Assembly: GCA_013239625.1 (NCBI GenBank)
Contig: MU057352.1
Span: forward strand, 30,325,277-30,389,276
Direction: 5' to 3'
DNA length: 64,000 nucleotides
From: Lama guanicoe
Lineage: Eukaryota
The notes beneath the pieces are model-generated. The model saw only the letters and a list, made by a program, of their open reading frames with translations, did no database searches and was not told where the DNA came from. The position numbers were made by a program, and so were the translations under genes. Below, piece after piece: positions 26,200-38,946 of this stretch; the first letter of the stretch is position 1; the number at the start of each line of letters is the position of its first letter.

Positions 26200-26400
26200 C
26201 TCTTCCTCTTCCACAAACATCAGTGGCCCCACAGCCTACAAGATAAAGCCCAAACTCTCCAGCTGGCACTGGGGTCCTCCTGGGCTCAGCACACACCTTC
26301 TGCTCCTTCCTGGCCATGCCACCGTCAAATGTTGGCACTCTCCATCTGTCAAGCACATCCTGTCTTCCTGTTTGGCCAGATCCGTGTTCCATTTCAATGT
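26200..26400 (+). mobile_element. L2 fragment
   Basis: CAGTGGCCCCACAGCCTACAAGATAAAGCCCAAACTCTCCAGCTGGCA is a typical L2 motif. Confidence 0.6.
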
Positions 26401-26449
26401 CAGTCAACCATAATTGGGAGGCGGCACAGGGTGCCCAGAGAAGCATTTG

Positions 26450-26650
26450 TGTTGGGGACAGATGAACCTTGTGTCAAATTCTGTCCTGTTAACGTACGAG
26501 CTTCGTGGGGATCGCAGACGAACCGCTAACGTCTCCGAGCTGCATCCTCTCACTTGTCAGATGGGAGTCGTGCATGCAGCTCTTCGAGAGTCTAGGGGTC
26601 AGAATTTGTGAGCTACCGTGGAAAGTTGCCAGGCCTGCAGTGGGTAATTT
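26450..26650 (+). mobile_element. MIR, GC-shifted
   Basis: CTAACGTCTCCGAGCTGCATCCTCTCACTTGTCAGATGGGAG corresponds to the MIR core. Confidence 0.5.
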
Positions 26651-27704
26651 CACGTACACCGTGCATGGTTATTCTAACCCAGCTCAACTGCTGTCGCCAA
26701 GCTGGCTCAGATCTCCTAATCCACCTCTCATCTCATCCAGAAATACTCTTGAAACCTAAGAACTATCAGTTCTCTCCCCAGCTTCCTCCTTTCTCTCTGT
26801 CCTGCACTTGGCACGTCTGCCTTCTCTGCTAGACCGTGAGCACAAGCCTCACCTGATTCAATTTCACACCCTCCAGAGGGCTTGGTATACAGGAGAGGCT
26901 CAATGAACGCTCGGGATGAGCAAGGAAATGGATTGCTCTGGCTGGTTCCGTTACAGCTACGGCATCGTCATCCCGCAGGCGCGCCGAGCTGCACTGTCTC
27001 CGAGTTCTCGGGGGCTGCACCGACGGCTCAGATGCGGCTCAGTCCGCGGAGCCCGCACAGACACGGTTACAGCCCCTCACGCACAGAACGAGCTCGAGCT
27101 CTCCCGGTGGTCTGAGGACGAGTACGAGGGGTTTTATTTTTTTTTTTAAAAAGTGATTGTGTTACCCAGGGTTACCTCGGTTGGCCTTGCTCTCCAAATA
27201 TCAGCAAGCAAACTACGTCCAGGACCAGCGCTCTAAATGGTGTGGTGTCGTAAAAGCTTCGTTATTCTCAGTTGAAACGGTCCAACAAGCCAGTTGATAA
27301 GAGTAATCTTTCCTGAAACTATAGCTGGAATTTTACAACTCAGCTTTGGAGATCTCAGGTCATCAACAACCTCCTGGCTCTCGAGATGCAACTTCCATAG
27401 CCGCAGAGACGGCTCTCACTGGACTGTCCCCGGTGCCTATGATGGCAGGTTCTGCGCCAGCATATATTCAATTAATGAGTGAGGGAATCTGTCGTCTCAG
27501 TGCCCGGCCCCTCACCCAGCAAACAAGGTTCATAAACGCTGATGATTAAGGCTCATCTGAAACCCCTGCCAAGACTCAGGGTGGTTCTGCGGATGTGACA
27601 GCCCTTCTGACGACGTCATGTAAGGCAGACCTCGGATCCAGATGGAAAGGATGAAGATGGTCCACATCGGTGGTGGGGTCAGGAATGCGGTCCCTTCAGA
27701 CTGC

Positions 27705-27930
27705 GGGCTTTTTGTTGAGTATTTACGGGGTGTGTACCAGGTGCCAACGGGAATCTTCACACTCACTTACCTTAATCCTCAGAACACCTCCGAGATGGGA
27801 AGCAGCGTGCTCCCTAATTCTGAGTGAGAGACTAGATGCGTTAAGGAGACTGTTCAAACTGCGTGCTAGTAAGTGGTAAGGTCCAGGTAGGGGTCCGGCT
27901 CTCCTGACGCCAAAGCCAGTGCTCCTAACA
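27705..27930 (-). mobile_element. MIR SINE
   Basis: TTGTTGAGTATTTA...TTAATCCTCAGAACACC...CTAGTAAGTGG...CTGACGCCAAAGCCAGTGCTCCTAAC. Confidence 0.75.
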
Positions 27931-28549
27931 TTTTACTGCAACTTACCATCAAGTCTAGGATGTGTGTTCCTATCACCTGAGCTTCCTGTCACAAGTCAGA
28001 TGCTGAACACCTTGGAAAGTCTTGTTTCTTATGAAACTAACTACTCAGCATCCCAGCCAAATTTCTTCAGACAGAACATTTTCCTGTACAGAGACTCCAG
28101 CGTGCAACCTTCAGCCAGGGTAGTGAGTAGACGGTTCGTTGTGTTACCGGCCACGCTTGGGAATTCGTAAAGTTAGCTTTTGTGGTATTTCATAGCTTCA
28201 GCTGATGCAAAGTCTGCTGTCCCCCAGGCCACCTGCCAGGCTGCCGTCCCTCAAATCAGGATCACCTGTTCCAAAGAGAACCCCTGCCCCTCTTGCTGTG
28301 TCCAGAGCTACGTCTTTTGTAAAGAGCCCGGCACATCAGCTGGGCTCTGCTCCCCTCGCGGCAAACATCCTGAAACGCTGCTGATGGAGTTGAGAACCTG
28401 CCATTGCCAAACATATCTTCTCTGACATGTGGAGTCTTTTGAGGTAAAGGCACCTGAGAAACAGCAAGTGCAAGAAAAATACTGACTTCCCTTTTTTCTT
28501 AAAAGCAAGAAACCAAAGTCCCATGTGAAATATTTCCTCCCTGTTCAGG

Positions 28550-28690
28550 GCTCCTCATTTGACAGATGGGGAAATGGAGGTCCAGAGTGGGGAATGGCTC
28601 TCGTCGCCTCGCAGGGTACACTGACTGCACAGCTGAGGGTGTGCCCAGGTCTGGTGCAGCCAGAGCTCCTGCTCTGTATCACTGCCACGT
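28550..28690 (-). mobile_element. MIR fragment
   Basis: CTCATTTGACAGATGGGGAAATGGAGGTCCAGAG. Confidence 0.65.
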
Positions 28691-30199
28691 CCCTGCCACC
28701 CACTGCGCAGACTGGAAATGGCCGTGGCATTGTGGACCGCAGGCGGGCATCGCTGCTCTGCTGCGCACGTCGCCTGGCTTGCCCACTTCTGCGGGGAGTC
28801 TGCTTTAGGGCCTCTGTGGATCCTGAGGCCAACGGAGAAAGTAAATCTTGGCTAGTCGAGTGCACTCAGGGTCGGCAGAGGAGCTGCAGGTACAGGAGCC
28901 TGAGGGGACAGGTGGCCCTGGGCCCAGCCTGACACTTGGTGCTCGGATGGGCCACGGAAGGACAAGCCCAGGGCTGGCGGTGGGAGACGGGGGATGTGCG
29001 GGCCGGTTTTCCTAACTCCTGGCACGGTACTGAGCGGCGGGACAGCTGGGCTTCAGGCCCCACCCTGAAGTGTGGCGTTCTGCTGTGGTTGTCTTTACTA
29101 TCCCTGTCATGCACTGGTTTGCAGCCTCAAGATGATATTTTTGCTTTGCCAATTATGCACAGACTCATTTCCTCCTGTCATTCAGCAGGAACTGGTACGT
29201 ACCGAGCTGTCGTTACGTACCGGACACCCGCAGGTGTCACCCAGTCTTCCTTAGATGAGGACTTGGAAGTCCTGCCAGAAACAGCCTGTAGCCGTCAGCA
29301 CCTTCAGGATTTTCTTGAGCTGCCGAAACCTGCGTTGTCTGTCACGTTACAGGCCTCTTCCCTAACCCTGACACCTTTGGTCCCTCCGTCTCCTTGACTT
29401 ACGGATCTGGTTCTGGGATATTGCACACTGCACATGAGCTAGCCGCTCAGCTTTGCCAGTTACGGCTAACCAACATGGCGAGCACCTGGTGAGGCGGTGT
29501 GCCCGGTCACGGGCACTGCTGACGCTCCGGGGACCTCAGACACGGCCCCCGCAGGAACCTGTGGCTTCTCCTGTGAGGACAGTTTCTCCCACTAAGTCAC
29601 GGGGCCCTGATGGCCAGTCTGTGTCTCAGAGACATGGGCTGTTCACAGCTGGGTGCTGACCACTGGGGCCAGGTTCTCGGCACACACGCCCCAGACTGAG
29701 GGTGATTTGGTCCCGGCGACGTGCCAGGCGAGGGGACGAGCCTGCACCTCGAACGGTGGCCACTGTCTGCTCGGTCCCAGGGTCTCTCTTCCATCTGGGA
29801 TGTGGATTACAACTGATCACCACATCCTCTAGATCAGCTCTCCTCTTGCTTCTCTGTAACCTGCCAGTTCCCCAAACCTGCTCACTGCTGAGCATGAGGC
29901 TCAAGTCCCGCCCTGCCCTTGGACTCCAGGTCTGCATAATCAGCCCAGGCTGCCTTGCACCTGAATTTCCAGTGATGCCTAAAACCACTTGAAGGCCCCT
30001 ACACGTAAAGAACTTAAGACTTAAATGGAAATCCTAAGTAGGAAGAGAATATATACATTCTGTTGGCAAACAGCACATATAAACAAGGAAATCCAAGTCC
30101 AAACACAGGGTTTTTTCTTGTTGAAGCTGGTGGCTAACGGAGAAAATAAAACACAAAATCACTGGAGTTAGTAAAACTCTCCCTGTCCCTCTTTTATTG

Positions 30200-30710
30200 T
30201 AATGACTCTTTTGGAAAGCAATTTGGCAAATACTTCCAGAGGCACAGAAATATTCATGTTCTCTAACCCAGTAATTCACTTCTGGGAACTGAGCCTAAGG
30301 ATATAATTCTTTGAGGGAAAAAAAAGCAACATCTATGTATAAATATATTTCCTGAGGCATTTTTAAGGGGGAAAAACTATAAAGAGCCTTAAATAATCAA
30401 TAACAGGGAAATGAGTATATAAATTAGTGTGTACACGCAGTGCTTTGAAATGAGTTAAAACTCCAAACCTGGAAAACACGCCATGATGAAAGCAAGGAAG
30501 AAAACAGAATAAAAGTATACAGTGATTTTTTTACCTACATAAAAATGGAAATGCATGAGAGTGCGCTGAAACCAGTATAAATAATGGAAGCACTGGGATC
30601 GGAGTGGAGGTGAGGGTGGATGTCACGGTATTGTCTGGCTTTCAAGTATCTAACGTGCAACGGTGTTACTTTAGAATGGTAACAATACATTCTTGTAATT
30701 AAAGTTGGAA
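30200..30710 (+). mobile_element. L1ME-like fragment
   Basis: CTTTTTGGAAAGCAATTTGGCAA...ACCCAGTAATTCACTTCTGGGAA...CCTAAGGA, AT-rich. Confidence 0.75.
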
Positions 30711-31586
30711 ATACGTATGGGGGGATGGCTGAGTAAGGGGAGAACAGGGAATTTCACTCCTTGGAGAAACATTCGGACAGTCCAGTGACTATCCTTCGAG
30801 ATGATTTGGGGTTGGCGACACAGGAAGACCCACATCCTGGCTAAAACTTGGCTTTAAGAAAAAGTGCTGCCTAACTTCCCGATCAGATTCAGCTGGAAGG
30901 TCATGTGTGAAAGAAGAGCTTGCAGTGCGTTTCCTTGAGCCGTGGGGAGCAGCTCTCCTTCAGACCCGGCGGGCGGGTCGCCCGCACCTGGGTAGCGCGT
31001 GCCCAGAGCGCTGACAGAGCACTCTGGAGACGGATCGGCCAGCCCAGCTCTCCTGGCTTGTGGCGGGTGTTCTGACTCCCTCTGCAGCGGATTGCCTGTG
31101 TCTGCTGAGCTGGTTGCCGGATCGCTCTTCCTCAGGCCGTTTGCCGACCAGGGATAATGGAATGTATGGCTTCACGTTCATCTTGACAACCAGGTGAGGT
31201 AAAAATTACCCTCAGGTGATGTTACAGTATCTTTAGTTCGCTTGTGATACTTCCTCACGACCAGAGTGATGCAAATGTGTGTGCTGGCCAGTTTCCACGA
31301 GACTCAAGGGGAAATTGTTGCCTTAAGGAAATCACATCCCAAAGGGCCAGGCAAGTCGCATTCTCATCAGACAACACCTCCAGGCGTGGGTGCTTGGTAA
31401 GCCCCGCCTTTCATCAACACTAAGTGTCTTTCTAATTGTTGGATATGGGGAAATAGGCTCTCTGGTAGGAAATCATGGGATCTGTGATAGACGGTTGAAG
31501 ATGTTCTAAGTAGTTATCTAGGCACATAAGCCAGGTGGATGCTCTCCAGCCTGAATCCTCAGGGAAGGCAACTGAAGTTTGATCCC

Positions 31587-32030
31587 TCTTGTGGGTTGAA
31601 CTTTGGCCCTCAGAAATACGTGTTCAAGTCCTAATCTCTAGGACTCACGAGTGTGACCCTATTTGGAAATCGGGTCTCTTCAAATGCAACCACGTTAAGA
31701 TGAGGGCCTGTTGAATTCAGGGATGGTCCTAGTTCAGTGCCTGCCATCCTCATCAGAGGAGAATTGGGATACAGATGCTAAGACAAATGGGGAAAAAAAA
31801 ACCACATGAAGACGGTCACAGAGACTGGAGGGACTCATGGACAAGCCAGGGGCTGGCGGCAACCACCAGAGGCCTGGGACAGACCCACCCTAAGGGTCTC
31901 CGGAAGGAGCCAGGTCTGCAGATACCTTGGTCCCTGACCGCTAGCCTCCAGAACTGTGAGAAAGTACAATTTTGGTTTTAAGTCACCCAGTTTGGGGCAA
32001 TTTGTTATGGCAGCTTCAAAACCGAATGCA
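31587..32030 (+). mobile_element. MLT1B/C-like solo LTR
   Basis: TGGGTTGAA...TTCAAGTCCTAA...GTGACCCTATTTGGAAAT...GCCTCCAGAACTGTGAGA...TTTGTTATGGCAGC...AATGCA. Confidence 0.85.
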
Positions 32031-33269
32031 GCGACCTCGGGTCCAGTGCTGGGTAGAATTCTCACTGATGCTGACCAAAAGGGTCACCTCAGTCTGTTTC
32101 TGGAAAATTGTTGACTTCCAGTTAACCTCTCACACAAGGCGTAGTGGGATCAGTTAAGCCAATGCAGAATAAGAAGCACCCCACACACACGTGTCCCAGG
32201 TGCCTGCCCCATGAGAGCCCAGCAGTGGCTTCAGCGATGGGGTGGCAGTGACGGTGGCCGCCCTGCTCCTTCTGTGAACCAGTAACCTGGAAGCTGGGGG
32301 CCCCAGGGCCTGTAGGGAGCTTCTGGTCTGTGCCTTGTCTGTTTCTGCTTGTTTTGTTTGGAGAATTGAGCAAACTGAAGCACAGCCAAGTCAAGAAATT
32401 TGTCCCCATCCAGTGGGAAACTGGCTGCCTGCACATCCCAGTGCCCCAACCTGGGAACAGCATCCTCTACGTCCTTGGACAAGTTTCCAGAAGCCGCTGC
32501 AGAGCCTCACCACCCCCCCCCCGGGCCCTTCCTGCTGGTCTCTGCTCAGATGTCCCCTGACTCTACTTTCCAAAAGTGGACCTTGAGCAGCTCTGCCTGG
32601 CGCCTGCTGCCCCAGGCCTAATTACAGGAGATCAGGAATTCACATCCCTCCAGACTCCGTGCAGAGCCGCAGGGAGGGGCTCTGACAAGCACAGTGTAGT
32701 CCTGGCTCACAGCTCGTCCTGGGCAGGTGCCTGCAGGCCGGGCTGCCAGCAGGTGCCAACCCCGCGCGGGAGAGGCGTGAGCACCACTGCTGCGGTGAGC
32801 TCTGGGCGGGGGGGGGGTGGTCCCCGCACTCCAGCTTCCCTGGTTGGGGCTGGGGGAGGTGTCTTAAGGGAGGCAGAGCCTGTCCAGGCCTGCTCGCTGG
32901 CTCCAGGAGATGCCAGTACCTCTCGAAGTTTCGAGTTTCTCTGTCAATCTCGAGAGAGGCTCAGCTCAGCTTAAACACCTCCTGAGACAGACAGCCCCCG
33001 GCAGCACAGAGATGAAGGGAAATGAACACTCAGCGCCCCCGCCCCACACGCCACACCACGTGGCCTCTTCGGCACGCAGGCATCACCCTCCCCATGTTCT
33101 GACGTGGGAAAGGGATGCTCAGAGAACAAGTGACTTCACCACGTATGCAGCGATTCATTCACCCACTCAGCCATTCACAAACGTCAAGTATACCCCGTGT
33201 GCCAAGCCCTGGGTTCTATGTTGTCATTAGGGACAGTTTAGCTCAGAAACATTGAATGCAAGAAGATCT

Positions 33270-33390
33270 GAATGCAGGATTGCAAATTCGGGCTCAGCCC
33301 GCCTCTTACCAGCTGTAACATCTAGTGGGAGGTCCCGACTCTCCCTAAGCCCGAGTTGTCACGTCAGTTCGTGGGGGATCCTGATGCTCT
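33270..33390 (+). mobile_element. MIR fragment
   Basis: CAAATTCGGGCTCAGCC..CTCTTACCAGCTGT...CTAAGCCCGAGTT. Confidence 0.5.
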
Positions 33391-33779
33391 CAATCGTGGT
33401 GTTCAGACGAGGTCAGGGTGACAGGTCATCTCATGGCCGTCGCATGTTAACGGGACAGCAAGTACTGGGATGTAACAAGTAGAGGACAAGGGTCTGCCTG
33501 AAAGCTGCTGCGGGGGGAAGGGTGGAAAGGAAACGGCTCGGGAGAACTGGCATGATGCGCTGTATTTACATGCAGGCTGGCGGTACTCACGGCTTCTCCC
33601 GCTTGAGTATGAGGGGTGGTGAGCTTTCAAAGAGCAGATCCCAGGCCCCCACCCCAGGGCTGCTCGGCAAGGATCTTCTTGTATAAACCAAGGAGTCAGT
33701 CATAGGCACCTGAATTCATTCTTTGCCAGTGATGAGTCTGTGGACTATCCTTTGAGGAATCCCGGCGTAGACAGGTGCA

Positions 33780-33960
33780 TTCAGGACAGCTGGGTTCAAG
33801 TTGGAGCCCTAACTTTCCCCCTTCACGCCCATGGGTAGGCCACTTACACTCTGAGTTTCAGACTCAGAAGTAGTAACACGTGCTTACCATTGCTGTCAAG
33901 CCGTTGTGAATGGGGACATTATTGGGGGCTGCAAAGTGTTGTAAAAATGTGCGCTGTTAC
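33780..33960 (+). mobile_element. MIR fragment
   Basis: CTGGGTTCAAG...CCACTTACACTCTGAGTTTC...GTTGTGAA. Confidence 0.5.
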
Positions 33961-35182
33961 CGTAGAGGGTGAGCCGTGGCTCTGTCTCCCTGTGGGAAAC
34001 AGGTCTGAGCAGACCCCTTCAGCTGGGAGCATAAGGAAGAGCTTGGGGGCGGGGGTTGGTGGTGGTACGTGACCAAGTTCAGGCTGATGCCAAGGATGGT
34101 AGCTCAGACAGATACCTTGAGGGCAAACCTTTCACCTAAAGTGTATCCAACTGCCTCACCTGTGGTTAACGTTAAGTGCCTAACTGCTCTGAATCTCCCA
34201 GGTAAGTGGAATAAATTCCCTGACCTCCCAGATCTCAGCTTTCCACCTGTAACAGGGGGTTGGTGATGTTCTCAGACTCTGCTTGTGAAAATGTTTTGGA
34301 AGCTGATCTTATAAATGCCGCTGGGCAACACCATTAAGGGAGGGGATGCCTCCCCCTCCAGTTGCTCTTCTGTAAAACAGACATCAGTGTTTCTCATGTG
34401 CCTTACTCCGAGGTTGAGGATGGAGCCAGGTAATGAGCATGAAATGTTCTGAAAACCAAAGAGCTGGGTGTGTGTACAGGAAAATTCTTTCATTATTCCC
34501 AGAGGTAATGGAGGCTCCTGCAGCCTCTGCATCGGGATTGCCTGACCTTTCCAGGCGCCTTCTGGTCCTGAGACCCCACCTAAATCTTCCTTCCCCTGCA
34601 GAGGGCTCCCATTGAGAAGCAGACTCACCACCCACCCCTCCTGTCAGCACTTGGCGGCTGCAGGACCGTCTGCACCGAGAGGGCAGGTCCCAGAAACAAG
34701 CCAGGGAAGACGTCTGGGTTTTCATGACTGAATTTCGTGGTTTGTGTGGAGTCACGTTATCATGCTAGGACTTGTTCCCTCTGTTTGGAAGAAGAAACAG
34801 ATTGGTCTGGGCAGTGATCTGCGCAGACGTGAAGGGCCTCCACTCAATGAGTTCTGAGCAGTGAGGCACTGCAGGCACGTCACTGAAAGACCTGGGGTCG
34901 GATCCTGGCCCGGCTGTTTGGAGAGGTAGCAATCCCTGCCTCGGGTGCAAGTTGCCGTCTCCTAGTCTGCTCCTCTGCAGAATGCAACTCCTGCTGCCAC
35001 AAGGGTTCAAATCATGAAAATATATACACGTGTCATCTGACCGTAAGTGCTGAGAAGTAGCATCATTAGACGTAATGTCAACGATCGTGGGGAAAGAGAA
35101 CTAGGCAGACCGTGAGCCAAGGAGTGAGGTGCTGCTAAGGCACCCCAAGCAGAGTACATTTTCTAACAGAATTTTCTGAGCA

Positions 35183-35410
35183 GGGACATCTCAAGCTTTA
35201 GTGAACATGCAAATTACCTGCGGAGCCAGCTAACAGGCAGATCTGGATTCAGTCGGTCTGAGCTGGACCCTCAGATCCCCGCTGTTCTAACGAGCTCCCA
35301 GGTGACGCCAGGGCTCCTGGTCCATGGCCCGCGCTTGGAACGGTGAGGCCATTTTAACAAGATACCCACGTGATTTATATACACGTTCATTTTGAGAAGC
35401 TCTGTGCTAC
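35183..35410. mobile_element. MER5A/MER5B-type hAT-Charlie MITE remnants
   Basis: CAGATCTGGATTCAGTCGGTCTG...TTCTAACGAGCTCCCAGGTGACGCC...GGTCCATGG, followed by TTTTAACAAGATACCCACGTGATT...TTTGAGAAGC. Confidence 0.75.
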
Positions 35411-35599
35411 ATCTCAGGAGGTTACGGGCCCTGAGAAGGAATCCTTAGTGATTCTAAGAGCTATGAGATACTCAGCCGTGAGCCAGCCTCCAGGAGTGAG
35501 ATGCACTGACTCAGGATACAGATGACGCCACGAGAGGTACACAAATGTCAGCAGTTCTCGGGAGCAGGAGCAAATACAGCTAAACTTGAGTGTTTCATA

Positions 35600-35700
35600 T
35601 GTGATAGCCCCTTGTTTCTTGTGTAATTCCCACAGTACCTCTGAGGCAGGAGTTACAATCACCAGTTTACAGATGAGGAAACCAAGACTTATGGGGTCAT
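35600..35700 (-). mobile_element. MIR fragment
   Basis: TTTACAGATGAGGAAACCAAGACT. Confidence 0.7.
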
Positions 35701-36309
35701 GGTCTCATGGCTTCCGTAGCTGGGTTGTTCAGAGTCCACAGGCACAGGCTGCCCTGCCTCCTGGCTCAGCAATCTGACCAGCAGAGCCTGCGAGTGGGGT
35801 GTGATGGCAGTGACCTTGAGCTGGCCTCAGTCCCGGTCATCTGTGTCCTGCACTTGAAGCTGAGGAGCAGAGCCCAGCTGCCCCTGGGGGTCTGGACCCA
35901 GTCCCTTTCCCCCTTTCCTTCCTGTTTAGTTAGACTTGATAAGAACCTGAGCCTCGGATGGAGCTGGAGGCAAAACGCAGACTTCCCCCTTCCCCTGTCC
36001 CTGGGGCTGTGAGATCCCTGAGCTGAACTCCACTATGCCCTCCGTCAGGACTGTGGCACTTCTGATTCCCAGCATCTTGCCCCAACCCTGCAAGGCTATG
36101 TGAGGGCACATAGCAGCTAAACTTTCCCCCTAAACCCTTTAATTATGGTAAAAATAGAAGGCCCTCAACCACAGTTATCCAACTTGATAACCATGAATAA
36201 TGCACATTAACGCACAGGCTGAGAATAGGAGATGGGGGCGCTGGTTAAGCCAGCTGTGAGCAACCAGGATGGGGATAAAACATAAGTGTGTGGGACTTCT
36301 AAGAGATAG

Positions 36310-36490
36310 GATAGTTATCCAAAAACATCACCTGCATCTTCAGATGCAGATGCCATAAAGACATCAAATAAGTCAGTCAGGCCAGCAACATCACCTGGGA
36401 TGAACTTGGCGGGGGTGGCTGGAACCCAGGAATCTGTTTTAACAAGTCCTCCAAGTGATTCTGACCGTCTAAGATTGATGGTTCTGTTCC
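36310..36490. mobile_element. MER5-type MITE fragment
   Basis: CATCACCTGGGA...CCCAGGAATCTGTTTTAACAAGTCCTCCAAGTGATTCTGA. Confidence 0.6.
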
Positions 36491-37699
36491 AAAGATGACT
36501 TCACACATCAGTAACTTCATCGGTAACTACATCTTGCCCTGTGCCTTCCCAATCTGAGCCTTGGGTTTCCGCTCCCCATCATCCACGTAGCCCCTTACCT
36601 GTGTGGCTCCCCACTGCGCTGGGCCTTGGTGCATGCGCTGTGCATCCTGCTCCGTTTCGGAGCCCTTGGAAAAGCCACAGGAAGGTGGCCGCCTCTGGTC
36701 ACAGAACATCCTTGGTTACTGTTTCAGCTCAGAGACTCCCCTCTCCCTACTCTGGTCCCCTGTCAGATTGATGGCCCCAGTGAAAACGGACGACAACCAT
36801 CCAAGATGATGGCCTGAAGGGTGTGCAGTCAATCCAAAATTCTGTCTGTTGCTTGAGTCCACTAACTCAATAAAATTCAGCTCAATTTCTTTATTTGCTT
36901 GCTGAACTGTTTCCGGTATCACAGGCGTGAAATTGGAGTAGAAGATCCATAGGCGGTTTTATTTACGGCTCTATGCGTTTCAGCGGAGATGCTGGAGAAG
37001 CGGCTTCTTGGTAATGCTGTTGCCAACCACATCTGAGATTCTGCTGGCTGACATGAGCACGTCCTTATGGGATGGGATGTGTTGACTTCTTGTCCCCACA
37101 CCTTCCCTGGGAGTCTCGAAGTTCCCTGTGGGCTAGGAGCCAGCATCCAGTCGGGCACTTAGACCCCGACACAGACCTGTCCCGGCAACGTCGTCTATTA
37201 CTGTCTGCTCCTTGGCAACTGGGACCGGTCAGAAACTAACGCTGTCCCGTCTGTGTGCCTTCAGTCTCTAAGCCCCTCCTCCTAGCTCGTCACTCAAACT
37301 ACAGCGAGTGGGGATGAGAATTAAGACATCAAAAATACTGAACTCCACGTGCTGTTCTAAACTCTTCCCGCGTGTTACGTAGTGTAAACGTCACTAGACC
37401 CCCTTAAGTCCTGTCACCTACCGCCACCCACAAGGATGCTGAGTCACAAAGGACTTGAGTATTGTCCGAGGGTGAGCAGCAAGGCAGGTGCACATTCGAA
37501 TCTAGGCATGTTGGCCCCAAAGCCTGTGTCTCAACCCCCGGGCTGTCCATCTCCAGTGACGCCTAAAGCTCTTCTGCTTTCACAATGCAGGGAACGTGTC
37601 ACCAGCCCTGGGGTGGCGGCACGCACCACCCAACCCAGAAGAGGCCTCTCCCCGCTCTGAAGGCACAGCGCACTCTGCCCTCACTCGTGCGACTGGGGA

Positions 37700-38140
37700 T
37701 AGGCTGTGTTTTTAAATTACTCATTTTGTCTTAGGATTAAGCTCTGCATGTGGAGTTGTGTGCATCTTTATATAAAAAGCACGATCTTCATTTTTTATAA
37801 GGTTAGCACAAGACCATATCCCAAATCACATTATCCTAATATATTCATTCCTTTCATTGCGTATCCATCCTTTTTATGTGCAAATATGTGCAACTTTATC
37901 CTCTGTTCTTGCATTTGTATTTAATTGAATATGTGCTTCCACTTTTCGGTGGCTTCCTAGTTCTGAGTTTATGTGGCTCCATAATCGTCCCTCTGGCTGA
38001 CATAATTCCATTCACCGTCAGATTATGTTCATCCTCTTGTGTTCTTTACCAAGGCCTGTTAACATCTTCCGCATATGACTTTAATTTCTTTTTAAAAATT
38101 TCATGTAAATTATTTGCTTAGAATAATTTCTTGGGAGTGT
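37700..38140 (-). mobile_element. Probable old L1ME fragment
   Basis: AT-rich. Reverse strand includes CCCGTACTACACTCCCAAGAAATTATTCTAAGCAAATAATT, an L1ME-like motif. Confidence 0.5.
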
Positions 38141-38932
38141 AGTACGGGGTCTGAGGCCCGTGGCATACTGAGTTTCATTTCCTAACTGTTCTTTCCGAGG
38201 TGACAGACTACGAAGGATCGAGTTCACCCCTAAGGTATTTTGCGCAAGTGATTCTTGTTCCCACCCCTTCCCTGATGTGCCCAAGGCCTGGGGATGGTCA
38301 CTGGGACCATGAACTCTTTTTCTGAGTCAAGGATGGGATTATCATGGACGGTCTAACCAGCTGAGAGATACAGGAAGATTAACTTTCCTGCAACCATCTT
38401 AAAAAAGCAACGTTGCCTTCTTGCACAGATCTTTCTCTCGTTTGGGTTTACGAGCTCTTTGGGGGCAGGTTTGAGAGGTCTGTGAACCCATCAGTCTTAA
38501 GCTTGGCTAACATCCACTGGAAGAATAGATGCTTCACTGTTCTCTGGACTTCAGCAATTTCGTCCAGCCGAGAAAGGAAAATACCGCCAAGCCAAGATAA
38601 CTCGTTTTTTAACGTGAAGCTACAGAGTGTCAGAGTGCTCAGGGTGCCCCCACACGCATTATCTGTCCTCTCTAACCTCAACACAATTCCGAGGAAACTG
38701 ACTCAGATTGCTCAGGCAAATAATTGTGGGTCATCCAGCAAGTCCGTGGTTCAGCCCAGATCCGTCACATGAGCCCACGTCTGAGCACAACGAAAGGGCC
38801 CCCCTTGTCCCTCTTCCCTGCTAAGCTCTGGGTTCCCAGGGGAAGCAGGGCAGCCAGAGGTCTGTGGAATCTCAGAAACATCCCTCCGGCAGGAGCATCT
38901 GCACAAAGGAGATGGGGCGGATGCTTCTCCAA

Positions 38933-38946
38933 GCACTAGAGGGCGC
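38933..38946 (+). promoter_or_regulatory. Candidate CTCF motif
   Basis: GCACTAGAGGGCGC(TG), 13/14 to the CCACTAGAGGGCGC core. Confidence 0.5.

Noticed and set aside
25796-34207. Perfect donor sites AAG|GTAAGT (about 25799) and CAG|GTAAGT (about 34202)
   Set aside because: Both lie within repeat-derived sequence (LTR, MIR-like) without a convincing upstream acceptor or reading frame.
36716-36960. Protein-looking minus ORF (IPETVQQANKEIELNFIELVDSSNRQNF)
   Set aside because: There is an in-frame stop shortly upstream, no convincing splice sites and no family I recognise.
38448-38684. Minus ORF of 78 aa with protein-like composition
   Set aside because: No recognisable homology, no clear exon boundaries and no processed-pseudogene hallmarks.
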